This document shows, piece after piece, positions 12,440 to 24,153 of a DNA stretch of 64,000 nucleotides. How positions within the stretch are numbered: the first letter of the stretch is position 1; each line of letters starts with the position of its first letter. Under the pieces are notes generated by a model. It was not told where the DNA came from. It made no database searches and saw nothing but the letters and a program-made list of their open reading frames with translations. A program made the translations under genes and the position numbers. The DNA is from Somniosus microcephalus. Its lineage: Eukaryota. The stretch spans positions 269,700,001 through 269,764,000 of the forward strand of contig CM126204.1 of the NCBI GenBank assembly GCA_052327205.1, given 5' to 3'.

Positions 12440-13040
12440 ACACTTCATGCTTTATTAAACTTTCAAATTCAATCTAATCTCCCTATTCATTCATGGAACT
12501 CCAACCTTCAATGCATTCCCTTTTTAAAAAAAAAACTTGAATATACTTAATTTGTGCCCGTTCCATCTCCTGTTTAAATATTTCCCATTCCTTATCAATG
12601 GCGCTCTGTCAATTTTCTCTCTATTTAATCTGGGCAAAGTCTTTTTTTTAATTTCACTATAATTTGCTTTTGGCCATGACTTTTCCCTTTTCTAATTTTA
12701 CACTAAACTCTATTATATGTTGGTCACTGCTTCCCAAATGTTCCCCTACTTTTAGCTCACCGACTCGTTCCATTTCATTACCCAGAATCAGGTCAAGTCG
12801 TGCTTTCTTCCTTGTTGAACTAGCAACATAGTAAATGAAAAAACACTCCTGAACATGCTGCAAAAAAAACCTCCTCTTACTCAGCATAATTTCCCATACC
12901 AAGTCTATTTTTGGATAATTAAAATGACAGTTATAACGGTTAATTCACACCTCTCTAATTTATCTACAAATTGCATCTTCAATTTCTTTTCCATTGTTCA
13001 TCCTTCCATTGAGAAATACTGTCTCAGTCCAGGCACAGTG
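12440..13040 (-). mobile_element. Old CR1 endonuclease fragment
   Basis: ORF 12657-12902 contains TRKKARLDLILGNE...VGEHLGSSDQHII, the CR1 APE SDH region. Confidence 0.75.
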
Positions 13041-13920
13041 GCCAGTAGTAAGATGTTTGTCTTTTAAATAAGCAGTTTGTTTTTAAAGTTGAGATTTTGT
13101 TTTACAGACCTTGAAGAGGTGTGCATAGATCTTTTTGGAAACAAGTTGCATGCTTATGAAGAGATTTACAGAGCTTAGTTACAATCTGCTGAAGTTACTG
13201 AGTTTACAAATTGGTTACAAGTTAGTGTTCACTCTAACATGCCAATGTTAAGATTAGTGATCTCAGGGTTTAAAAGAAAGAGTACACGTGCGGAGAGAAA
13301 GTAATAGGGAGCAATGTTCCATTACATAGCATTAAATCCCAAGGAACTCATTAATGTCAGTTATTCCTGCAAGGATAAATAAAATTAACATTTTTAAAAA
13401 ACTTGCACAAAATCCTGTAGTTGTTGTCAAAATATTTATTATGCATATTTCTGTAAGTTAGACAAGTCGTTTGATAAGACAATTTACTGTAGAGACTTTA
13501 CTTCATCACAATTGTGCATACTTCAAATTGCTTTGGTGATGTTTACATGTCTGTTTTAAAATATTAAAAATACTGTACTAGTCTCTTTTTAAAGGATCTC
13601 CTCGAGAGATTTATCTAGAATGATTTTTAAATCAACCAGAAGAACTAAACAGCTCAAGACCCACAAGGGGGATTTCAGAAAGTTAAATTCAGCGACTTTG
13701 AACAGGAAAGACCTCTACAGTCTGACAACCGTATTTTTTTAACAAAATAATACAACTCTCTTCGCTCCTCAAATGCCCAATTAATTCCTGGGTAGAGGCA
13801 AAGGCTTGGTACAGAACAAAGAACCCCTTTGATTTAATGTTGAAAATGTTCCCAGAAGCAGCAACAATGCATTACACAGCCAACAGAGTGACTATTCCAT
13901 TTAAAGTGAACAGCAATAAT

Positions 13921-13971
13921 TCCATACCAACGCAATATAAATACTTTTGCTTTGATGCACAAGTATTTATT
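13921..13971 (-). terminator. Candidate polyadenylation signal of SLC30A7 (3' UTR about 2.2 kb)
   Basis: AATAAA on the minus strand at 13966-13971, followed by a U/GU-rich tract (tttatattgcgttggtatgg). A second AATAAA at 13435-13440 is an alternative site. Confidence 0.45.
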
Positions 13972-14910
13972 GACATTTATCAGATAAACTTGCCCTGTAC
14001 ATGAGTTACTCTCACATTTTGTCTACAAGTGCTGGAAAGTTAACACACCACTTATAGCGTGTGAATTGTGTGATACAGACCTAGAATGACCTGAACTTGA
14101 GCAGACCACATAATTGTTTTACAGATAGCCTCCGGGGAGGGGGAGGGAGAAGGGAAAGTCTGTGCAGTACCATCATTTTATCCTGCACAGACAGGGTCTG
14201 ATTACAGCTTGTGTGTGTGTGTAAACATTTCAATCATACTAAGGTTTCCAAGCTGTAAACATTTGCTTTGGACAATGCAGTTTGGCAACCATTGCAAGAT
14301 ACTGTATTATATTCCCAATTCATTTCCCTATGCAGCTGATTTAACCAACAAACAACTTCATTGCTGGATGAATTCCAATAATTTACAATAGTAGATTGTG
14401 TTCACTGTTGAAACAGCTAGAACAAAATAAAATCTTTGTCTATTTTCTAAAATGCAACCATACTGTATTCTTTGGCTTTGCGGCCAACCCGATCACAGAC
14501 ACTAGTGGAATTTTGCCGTAATCCTAGCCAACGGTGTGCAGGCAAAATGACTCTGGCCAATTTCTCCCGATGTGCCGCAGGACACAGATTATTTGCTAAT
14601 CTTCTCATTATTACTCTGCAACTTAATGAACTCTGCGTAAAGTTCCATCAGAATCAGTTTTCCTGCAGCCTCATTAATGTAACAATTATTGAAGAAAAAA
14701 AATCAGATTACCCAGTCACTAGTTCGATATTGAAGAAGTTGGACTTGGTTGGTGTATAACACCTGTTTAAACTGGACCAACACTAACATTACTGAGAAAT
14801 TACTCGTTAAACTAATCAACTCACAACAGGTCCATTTCTTCTGGTAAACTACAGACATCATAAAGGTCCCTCTCTTTGTTTCTGCTATGGCTAGTTAAGC
14901 AATTTATAAA

Positions 14911-15099
14911 TATATCAGAAAAAGCTGGAAATACTCAGCAGGCTAGGCTGCAGTTTTTTCCCAGTTCTGACGAAAGGTTACCAGCCTGAAAAGTTAACTC
15001 TGTTTCTCTCTCCACAGATGCTGCCTGGCCTGCTGAGCATTTCCAGCATTTTCCGTTTATATTTCAGATTTCCAGCATCTGCAGTATTTTGCCTTTGTA
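14911..15099 (+). mobile_element. Penelope-associated terminal-repeat relic with a minimal hammerhead-like motif
   Basis: Inverted arms gctggaaatactcagcagg / cctgctgagcatttccagc surround CTGACGA-stem-GAAA. Flanked by a 15-bp duplication TAAGCAATT(T/A)ATAAA. Confidence 0.65.
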
Positions 15100-16148
15100 T
15101 AAGCAATTAATAAAGTTCAGTTTTGGTGTTTAAATCTGATGTTTCACTGAATTTCACCTATAAGATGATCAGATCACCTGCAAACAACCAGTGCCAAAGT
15201 AGGAGTCAGGACTTTCTATAATTAAAAAAAAAAAGGACTTAACATTTTATGATGGAATGTGTGTTTTCTGATGAGATCCATGCCTGGCTGCCCAACCTCT
15301 GCGTGGATCCTCTGCTGCACTGTCCGATTTCACCCCCAGCCCAATCCAGGATGAACACACAATAGTCACCTCTGTGCAAAATTGCCATGATGCAGGTGGA
15401 ATTTCTTTATATCCAGCAGCAAATAATGGACAGCATGACAAAGGACTGTCTTGAGAATAAACTATTGATCTGTATCCCGCTACTACAAAAAAGATAAGTT
15501 CTCGAACCTCCCATCCACCCCCCTAAAAAATCTATTAAAATCCATTAGAACCATGCTGATCACCATGATGTACACTACTGGCCAATGATTATAAAACTTG
15601 CCCCAATGTGTCCAGTATCCACTTTCTATCCTCCAAATATTAGTTCTTGTCCACTGTAAAAAGGCACTTCAGAAACGGAATATGGTTCATTTCATTCAAC
15701 CTGTATAGAGTACAACTAATTAGGGAAAAAAAAGCACATAGCAGAATGATAGCCAGGACAACAATATTTACAAGAGCAGGAATAGAATTGAACTGTGGAA
15801 ACACATTTGTCAAATAGGATATAGGAATATAACACCACAATTTTTGGCTCATCATAGAACAGAACACCAACTCAGTTATAATTCCTTGATAAAGTCAAGA
15901 TGAAATAAGACACTTTAGGCCTAGACATAAAGGTGGCTCCAGATATAGCAGGTACTGGCTATGCAGATTACTTCACTATTCTTTGACTCAATTGAGAAAG
16001 GCCTTCCACAGATGCAAATAAATAGTGCTCAGTCCACACTCATGCTCACTGTATAGTGGTGGTGCTTCAATCCAATTACCCAACAGCAATTAAATCTATT
16101 CCCTGATCCCAGCACCAGGGGTTTGGACCGGTGTGTTTTTAGACATCT

Positions 16149-16196
16149 TTACATAGCTGCAGTGTCAATCTGGACGTAAAGTTGTCTTACTCCTGC
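16149..16196 (-). CDS. SLC30A7: ZnT7 last coding exon 11
   Basis: Encodes AGVRQLYVQIDTAAM then TAA (human ends AGVRQLYVQIDFAAM). Acceptor ttttattcgcag. Confidence 0.96.
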   Translation of the reverse strand, partial: AGVRQLYVQIDTAAM

Positions 16197-16779
16197 CTGC
16201 GAATAAAAGGGACAAAAAAAAATTAGTTTGTTTAGTCACCCATTGAAGTGAAGTTGGAATGTGTTTCATTCCCCACCACCAACATTTCTCAATATCAGCA
16301 AATAAATTCAATTTTTCCTTTTTAATTGAACAAAAATAACATTTATAAAAATAAGTTTAATAACCAAAGTTTTGTGAATGTAGATGTTTATGTTAAATAT
16401 TATACTACATCACATTGTAGTACATGAATGGCTTTATACGCATTACTTCGGAAACGTTTGCAGCAACATGGTTCTGTGTACTTGCCTCGGCAATATTTTT
16501 ACTCAGTAAACTCACAGTCACAGCCGTGCCACCAGGAAATTACCAAGAGGAGGAAGGCACTAAAGAGGCTCCTTATGCACTACCTATCGGCCAACAAAAG
16601 GGCAACACAGAAGGAGGCTGGAACCACACACTCCATTAGAAAATAATGCACAGGATCCAGGAAGGAAGGAATGAAAGTTAAATTCGTCACACAAATCATA
16701 TTAAAGATCTATCTATATAATCAAGTTCCTATTTGCTTTCCGCTGATCAGATCATTAAGATTTAACTTGATCAGTCAAG

Positions 16780-18040
16780 CCAATGCTGTTGAAAATTTAA
16801 TGCTAGTGCCAGATTGGAAGAATGCCAAATTTACAAAAATGTCAGTGGACTTGAGCAAGGTTGAGTGGGGGATCCGATTAGACAGGGATAACTGCAGCAC
16901 AGTTGAAAAATTGAGTACTTTTAAAACCATTAGTATGTATACAAGAAGCTATGTATATAAGGTAAGCTACTCTGAAAAGAATAGGGATAGGTATAGGTAT
17001 CAAATTCGCTAAGGAGCAATGGAAACGATGATGGTGAATAGGTGTGGTAGTGATAGCAAGGACTTTATTAGCTATGCTAGGAGTCAGAGAGCCATCAAGG
17101 ACTGTATAGGGACATTGAGGGATGCTGTAGGGCAGCTTTCAGTGGAGCTAAAGATATAGCTGAGGTTTTGACTAGGTACTTTGCATTGTTCTTCACTACT
17201 GAACATTATGCTCAGTTACGAGTACGGTTACACAGAAATTAAGCTAAAACTGAATGTGTAGAAGTGGATGCAGAAATAACCCTAGCTAGAATTATGGCTC
17301 TTAAAGCAAATCAGGCTGTTGGCCCTCATGACATTCACCTTGGGTGCCTAAAAGAAATGGGCACTGTGCTGTGAGCCACTGGCTTATATATTTAAAAGCT
17401 CACTGAAGTCTGTGATTGCTTGCATGGACTGGAGAGAGGACTCTGTGGTGCCTATATTTAAAAAGGGCACTAAATCAGAACCAGGGAATTATAACCTCAT
17501 TAGTTTAACTTCAGTTATAGGCAAGTTATTACAAGGTATTGTTAGAAATGCACTGTATGATCATTTAGAAAGAGCAGACGTTATTAGGGAATACCAGCAT
17601 GGCTTCTGGAAAAGGAGGTCCTATCTCATGAACTTGACTGAATTTTTCTTTGAAAAGGTTACAAAGTTAGTGAATGAAGGAAGTTTGGTATGTACCGTGC
17701 ACATTGATTTTCAAAAAGTCTTTGATAAAGTGCCACACAAAAGGCTGCTAAGTAACGTTGCATCTTACAGAATTGGTGGGCATATTTTAGTTAGATAACA
17801 AATTGGTTGCATTTGTGTCGCCAGGGGATCTCGAGGCCCTGGAAATAGATCCAGAGGGGGGCCACTCAATTGATACCCAGTTTAAAAGCTGTTAGTTATC
17901 AGGACAGGCTTAGGAAAAAATACAGACTTGGAGTGGGATATGACAGAGGTCTTTAAAATAATGAATCCATTAGAATCTTTGCATAACTGGGGGGATGGAT
18001 TGATGGTGTACGTAGCTTGCATCATGTGTGATGGGACCAG
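16780..18040 (+). mobile_element. Old CR1 ORF2 fragments (intron 10)
   Basis: ORF 17412-17798 contains VVPIFKKG, PGNY..ISLTSVIGKLL, QHGF and DFQKVFDKVPHKRLL. Confidence 0.85.
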
Positions 18041-18898
18041 TTGGACTTTCCCTATCCTTTTTCATACACATAACTAATCAAATTGCAAAAACAAAAAGCA
18101 GAAAGCAGCCACCACCATTACTGCTATGGACACCGGAGATAGCACTCTCAAAAACTGCACCGATAACAGCACCCAGTGAGCATTTCCACTTGACCTTGGG
18201 AACAGAATGGCCCAAACTTCCAGCAGCGTTCCAAACATGAGAAACCAGCAATTCTCTTTCCTTTTGCTGTGCAGCGCCTATGAGACTGCCCTCAAGTTCA
18301 TCAGTTGCTGAACACCCAGCCTCCACACTAAAGACCCTGCACTACCTGCAAGTATCACAGGAGGTCAACTAGTGCATTTAAAACATTTTTTTGATTCAAA
18401 CCATACTCTAAATAAAGCATTTTTTTTTCTGTTTCCAAGAAATACACCAAGATAGTAGCACTGAAGTAACAGTAGTGTATAGGTATATTGTTGATTTATA
18501 TAACTGACTCATTAAAGATGTGTCAAATCCAAACATCAAGCTCATTCTCCAGTATATCACCTCTCAGCATTCATTTGTATTGGATACAGAATGGCTGCTT
18601 CTTTCAAGTTTCGGTGAACACTCGATCAGGTGAATTTATGTCAGTCTGCCAGAGACTCCCAGCAAAACTCTCACATTTAGTATACATTTGCTTAGACACA
18701 CAAATGACAGAATCTTGTTCACAATGCCAGCGAGAAACATTTCCTAAGCACCAAAGAGTTTAATTTTGATGAGTGCCTGAAGCTTGGCATTATCATGACA
18801 GTAAGTAATTCTTAAAAAATCACTGGCAATTTCTGAACCTTGCATATAGGCAAAGAGAAACATTCATGATAGAACAACATAAAATTCTCTTGACATAC

Positions 18899-19048
18899 CT
18901 GAGTGAAAATGTTGTGTGTTTGACTCAAGATCCATCGTGCATCTGCATCAGGGGCTACTAGAAGCTTTACTGTACCAATGTAAACTTCACTACATAAGGT
19001 CCAGAAGTGGGGATCAATTATATTGTAAACTCCTTGCAAGTGTTGAAC
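18899..19048 (-). CDS. SLC30A7: ZnT7 coding exon 10 (150 bp)
   Basis: Encodes VQHLQGVYNIIDPHFWTLCSEVYIGTVKLLVAPDADARWILSQTHNIFTQ. Acceptor cttccag, donor gtatgt. Confidence 0.97.
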
Positions 19049-19155
19049 CTGGAAGAACAAATGAGACAGATTGTGAGTTCCAGTTCAGTGAAATACTAAG
19101 TGCACTTTAGGTGTTATTTTTAGGTCATACTGCATATAACATCCATTCCACGTAC

Positions 19156-19246
19156 CCGCTGGTAGCACTGGGGCAGCATGTGATCCAACGATGGAGGAGT
19201 GCGCTGCATTAAAATCCCAATGGATTGCTTTAAGAGTGGAATAACA
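19156..19246 (-). CDS. SLC30A7: ZnT7 coding exon 9 (91 bp)
   Basis: Encodes VIPLLKQSIGILMQRTPPSLDHMLPQCYQR. Acceptor ctgacag, donor gtacgt. Confidence 0.97.
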
Positions 19247-19989
19247 CTGTCAGAGAAAAAGATCACAATCAGAAGAATGTTCCTCTTGTACAACACCATT
19301 CAACTCTGCTCAGTAAATCACTGCTTAGAAATGCATTGTTTTATTTTAGCTTCCACGACAAATTATATTTACAAGTACAGTTCCAGGGCACACATTATTG
19401 CTAAATCTCATGATAAAAAGTATTAATGACAAGTGAAGGCCATGGTCTAACATGCATTTAGTGCACTTTAACACTCCAATATCTTGTTCTAAGCACGGAT
19501 TCATTTTTACTGTTTCAACTGAAACTACTTTCTAAGTGAATGTTTTCCATTCACTCAGAGCAGTGCTTCTTCACCAGATGACTGCACCACTTTGCTGGCT
19601 ACATGTGAAAACACTACATGGCCTTAGTTTAAATTATAGGTGTGTGTGATTTCAGCAGCATCAAGCATTGGGAGGTCATGAACTAATTACAGGAGGCCAC
19701 TACTTTTCTCAACAATTAATGCTCTCTCAGGAATACCTCATTAGTGTAGGCATGAAAGCAAGGATTCTTGTGGAGCTCTGCATTCCTTCTGGTTTGTAAA
19801 CCCATCCCACTGATACTGGAGAAAGTTTCAGGCACTGCAGATTAGGAGAACACATGCACTAGCTCCTAACTTGGTGTGATGTGGCTTTCCCCTACCGTTG
19901 ATTTTCTTTTTTCAGGAAGTTCCCATGCAGCTGGAAAGCAGCTAGCAGGAAGGGTGCGAAGTGAGGGGATTAGAATGATCAGGTGCTTT

Positions 19990-20280
19990 GAAAAATAGGT
20001 TATATCTCACTAACCTAATGTGCCAGTCACTGAGGTGGCAGATAGAGGAGGATTAATAGATGTCATATACAGTACATGGATTTTCAAAAGGTGCTTGATG
20101 AGGTTCCACACAAGATATTGCTAGATAAAAGAGAGATACATGGACATGATGGCAACCTTATAGGACAGTTAGAAAACTGGTTGGGAGGTAGGAAGAGATC
20201 TGGGATGAAGGAGACATTCTTGGATTGGCAGATATTGAGAATGATGTCTGTCAGTGATTGGTACTGGGAGCCCGCTTTAA
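19990..20280 (+). mobile_element. CR1 RT fragment
   Basis: MDFQKVLDEVPHKILL...LENWLGGRK. Confidence 0.7.
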
Positions 20281-23200
20281 GAAATGTCAAATAAAAACAA
20301 GCTGGAGGTAACATACACATAAATAAATCAATTAAATAAATAACCAGGATTTGGACAGAGAGGAGATTATATCCAATTTGGCAAATACTCAGCTACAAAT
20401 TAGTAAATTGCAAAAGAGCAGGAAATGTTCTTCCCAATGGATTTTGTGTAAATCTGAAATATGTTTTGAATTCTAAAGTAATTTCCTTGGCAACTCCCCT
20501 TCAAAAAATGGAAGAACCAATCCAGGTTCCAAAATGTACCTAACTGATAACAAAGTAGTTTCCAATCATTTAATCCACAGAATAAAACAAAGTTCAAAGC
20601 AGATATTTGGGATGTCCAGAGGTTGTGAAAGGCACTATATAAATGCAAGTCTTTCTTTTTCAGTTTTCAGATAGACACAAGAAGCTACTTATTTGGGTTC
20701 GCAACCAATTGTTGGTTTCTTTCTAAATAAACCAAGAAAATTCATCATTCATGGTGAAAATAGTCAAAGAAGGATCTGGAATGTGGTGAATCATGTGTAC
20801 TGGCTATGGTCACTTCTTTCACTTTAGGGTCCTGGTTCTGTAATTAGCATGAATAGCAGGGCTCGTACACAGACCAAGCATTCCTGAAATCCACCTGATT
20901 ACAAATAACAATATTTTCCCAACAAATGCTACTTGTGGGTTTTTACACTATTGTTCAAAAGTACTTCATTGGTTGTAAAGCGCTTAAGGACGCCATGAAG
21001 TTGTGAAAGTTCTTTAGTTTTTTTTCCAAAAGCACTGACGGCACAGTTTGAGACAACTACAGACATACTCAAAATCACCAACTGGACAGAATGTTGAGAT
21101 TAGGATTGAAGACACAAAGAAACAGGAGATTACCATGAAAATTTATAATTTTAGGATTTATGTCACTGAATGTAGATAATGTTTCCTGGAAGTGGGAGAT
21201 ACAGTAATTCATGATTTTATTTAATCACAGCACCATAATTGGAGTGGGGGGAAAGGAGAGAAGGGGAACTCTTATAAATGACAATTTTATTTTAGAATGA
21301 TATTAATTATGAAGTTTTATTTCAAATTTAAAGACTGAAGCTTCTTTTCACTGGTACACGGCAGTCTTCTGATCCCCTTATTAATTATGTACTGAACAAA
21401 AGGAAGTCCCTCAGCCAATCCCCATGTAACTAGACAATACATCACAACCTCCCCACCCCCCCCAAATCCACCATCAAACTAAAAAACAAGCCAACCATGG
21501 TTTCACACACAGCACTCTATACACACACCATGAACCGTGCAGCTCAGGAGCCCAAATGCTTCACATTCAATTAAAAAAGATACAATTATCCAAGTTTATG
21601 CTTAGTTCAAATATACATCTTAGATGTTTAAAAGCACAGCCAAGACACATTTTTTAAATTATTAATAATTGCTCAATTACTTAAATTTTGCAATAGAAAC
21701 TCATCTTGTAAAAACAGGAACTTTATGTAGCCCAGTCAGCAGAAAATAACTTCTATTTTTAAAAAAATTATTTGTTGGATTTGAGCCAAAGAGGACATCC
21801 ATTACCACAGATGAAAAATATCAAGATCATAGAGCAGGAGAGGCATTCATTGTTTGAGAGTCATGGACAATATTCGTACCTATCTAGGTGGAATGAAAAT
21901 GATCACTCCTGTGCACATTAAAGTCCATTGTGAAACAAGATCCCAGTCTCAATCCTGTTCCTAATGAACTAAAAATACTAGGAATAAAAATACTCTGTTC
22001 CTGGATATTTGGTACTTCCATAACTATTTAGGGGTAAATTAAAACACTTGCTTAATTTATGGATATCCGAGCTAGAATCTCAAAGTGATAAATGAACGCT
22101 GTTGAATCGACTTCATGTCTCCATAAACTTTCTGTAACTAACCCTTTAAGGGTAAATGTTTGACATCATTTGATTGGGAAACTAAGTCAGTCCTTTCTTG
22201 CACTTGAGACAGAGAAGGTGGTCTGGGTCTTAAGGGTAGCCCTGCATGCATACTCTGGTGAAGTAGAGTGTATTGCAGTGAAAGGGCAGCTATCCAGGTT
22301 TAGATCACTAATGATGACTAGCTCTGTTTTGTTTTTTAAGTTCGGACCTGAAACTGTCTGTATAATTATAATCTATTAAAACTTGAACATTTCAGACCAC
22401 CAAAAGGTAATATAGGACATGTAGGTCTGAAAGGGGTGTGGAATACAGGGATTATGAGGACAGACTATTTGGTTCACTTTCCAATGATTTGTATGCAAAC
22501 CTTTTTTGAATATACCTGGAACATGTTCCATATAATGCTGCCAAATACTGATGGATAAAATTTCCCATTACACCCAATAGGTGGGTCTAACATACTCCTT
22601 TCTTTCTAGCAGAACTGGATTGTTGCTGATGGACTTTTCTAACCTGCCTTTGATCCCAGCACAAAACTGTAGACCTCACTTCAATCTGATTATATGGTTT
22701 GTTTGGGCCATTGTACAGATTTTGCATGCATTAAAGGCAGGGAGGTTCTTCAATCGCATTATCTCACTTGTTGCTCTTTCCTTACAAGTAGGAGCAGATG
22801 TGCGTTTTTGATCTTCAGCTGATTCTCCTTTTTCAAAAAAATACCCAGACTTGCTTTTGGCCATATATACCAATTTTGAGCCTTTACTTGTTCTTTTCCA
22901 AAATTATTGACAGAATGCACAAACACTAAAACTGTGGTTTAGTAGCAGACACCGAGAATCCTCTGTGCCTCATTCAGCAGTGGGAAAGACTTTCAGCAGA
23001 AGCGTAAAAATCCACGCAATGTAGTATACAAAGTGCATCTATGATTTTATCATGCAAAAGTTTACAATCCTCCCTGTGTCTTTGTGGCACTGAGTGGAGG
23101 CCACACAGGGAGGAAAGAGTGCCTCAGATTACTCTCATACACCCAACAGCTGAAGCCAAAACAGCATTGTCAGAGGCCCAAGAACGGGCTACTTGCCTCC

Positions 23201-23626
23201 GCAGTTTGAAATGTTCTGTGGTTTGGAGAGAAAACAAAATACCTTTTTGTATAGTGTTATACATTATAAACCAACATAAAATTGTAAAATATAAACTCAG
23301 GCATTTATAAAAGACAAAAACTGACTTTTCCTTTTATATATATCTTAGACACCACATTGAAACTAACTGAAGGAAGATGTTTTTTTTTTAAAGATACTTT
23401 TTATTCAACATTTAGTGAACATTAGAAATGAAGCAAGTTAGTTTTTTATTAAAGTGACAAGAATTTGATTTCATTATCTGTACAGAATTGGATGACAGTA
23501 GATGTGGGAGTGGTTATGGCTTAGTGTTAAATTTGATACATCACATACAACTTAAAATTAAATATTTCACAGAATTCGAGCTCCTAACCAAACATTTTCA
23601 CTTGTAAAATAGGAAAAATTATAGTA

Positions 23627-24153
23627 CAGGTAGACTATCCATTATCCGAAAACCTCGGGACCAGCCGAGTTTCGGATAAAGGAGAATTTCGGATTTCGGA
23701 AGGTGGGTCGGCGGGGGTCCGCGCGCACGACTTACGCTGACGCTCAGCGTAAGTCAGTCGGGGTCGGCGGGGGTCGGGGCCGGCGGGGGGGTCGGCGGTT
23801 GTCGGGGCTGGCGGTTGTCGGGGCCGGCGGTTGTCGGGGCCGGCGGGGGGGTCGGCGGTTGTCGGGGGGGTCGGCGGTTGTCGGGGCCGGCGGTTGTCGG
23901 GGTCCGCGGGGGGGTCGGGGCTGGCGGGGTCGGCGGTTGTCGGGGCCGGCGGGGTCCGCGGGGGGGTCGGCGGTTGTCGGGGTCGGCGGGGGGTCGTGCG
24001 CACGACTTACCCTTTATCCGAACTTCCGAAACCGGAACCCTCTAAAAACCGAAGGTTTTTTCGTTCGTACGCACGACTTACGCTGAACGAAAAAACCTTC
24101 GGTTTTTAGAGGGTTTCGGTTTTCGGAAGTCCGGATAAAGGGTAGTCTACCTG
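23627..24153. mobile_element. Young Tigger/pogo-type MITE with GC-rich internal minisatellite
   Basis: TA on both sides and 24-bp TIRs CAGGTAGACTA(T/C)CC(A/T)TTATCCG(A/G)A. Ends resemble Tigger4/MER46 termini. CpGs are intact. Confidence 0.85.
23755..23996. repeat. GC-rich minisatellite (GTCGGCGGTT / GTCGGGGCCGGCGG units)
   Basis: Tandem variants are directly visible. Confidence 0.9.

Noticed and set aside
1-13400. Expected neighbouring gene such as DPH5 on the plus strand, and ORF 146-442
   Set aside because: I could not find any recognisable exon. ORF 146-442 has no motif or splice support.
23635-24109. Pro/Gly/Arg-rich ORFs on both strands
   Set aside because: They are artefacts of a GC-rich minisatellite that lacks stop codons.
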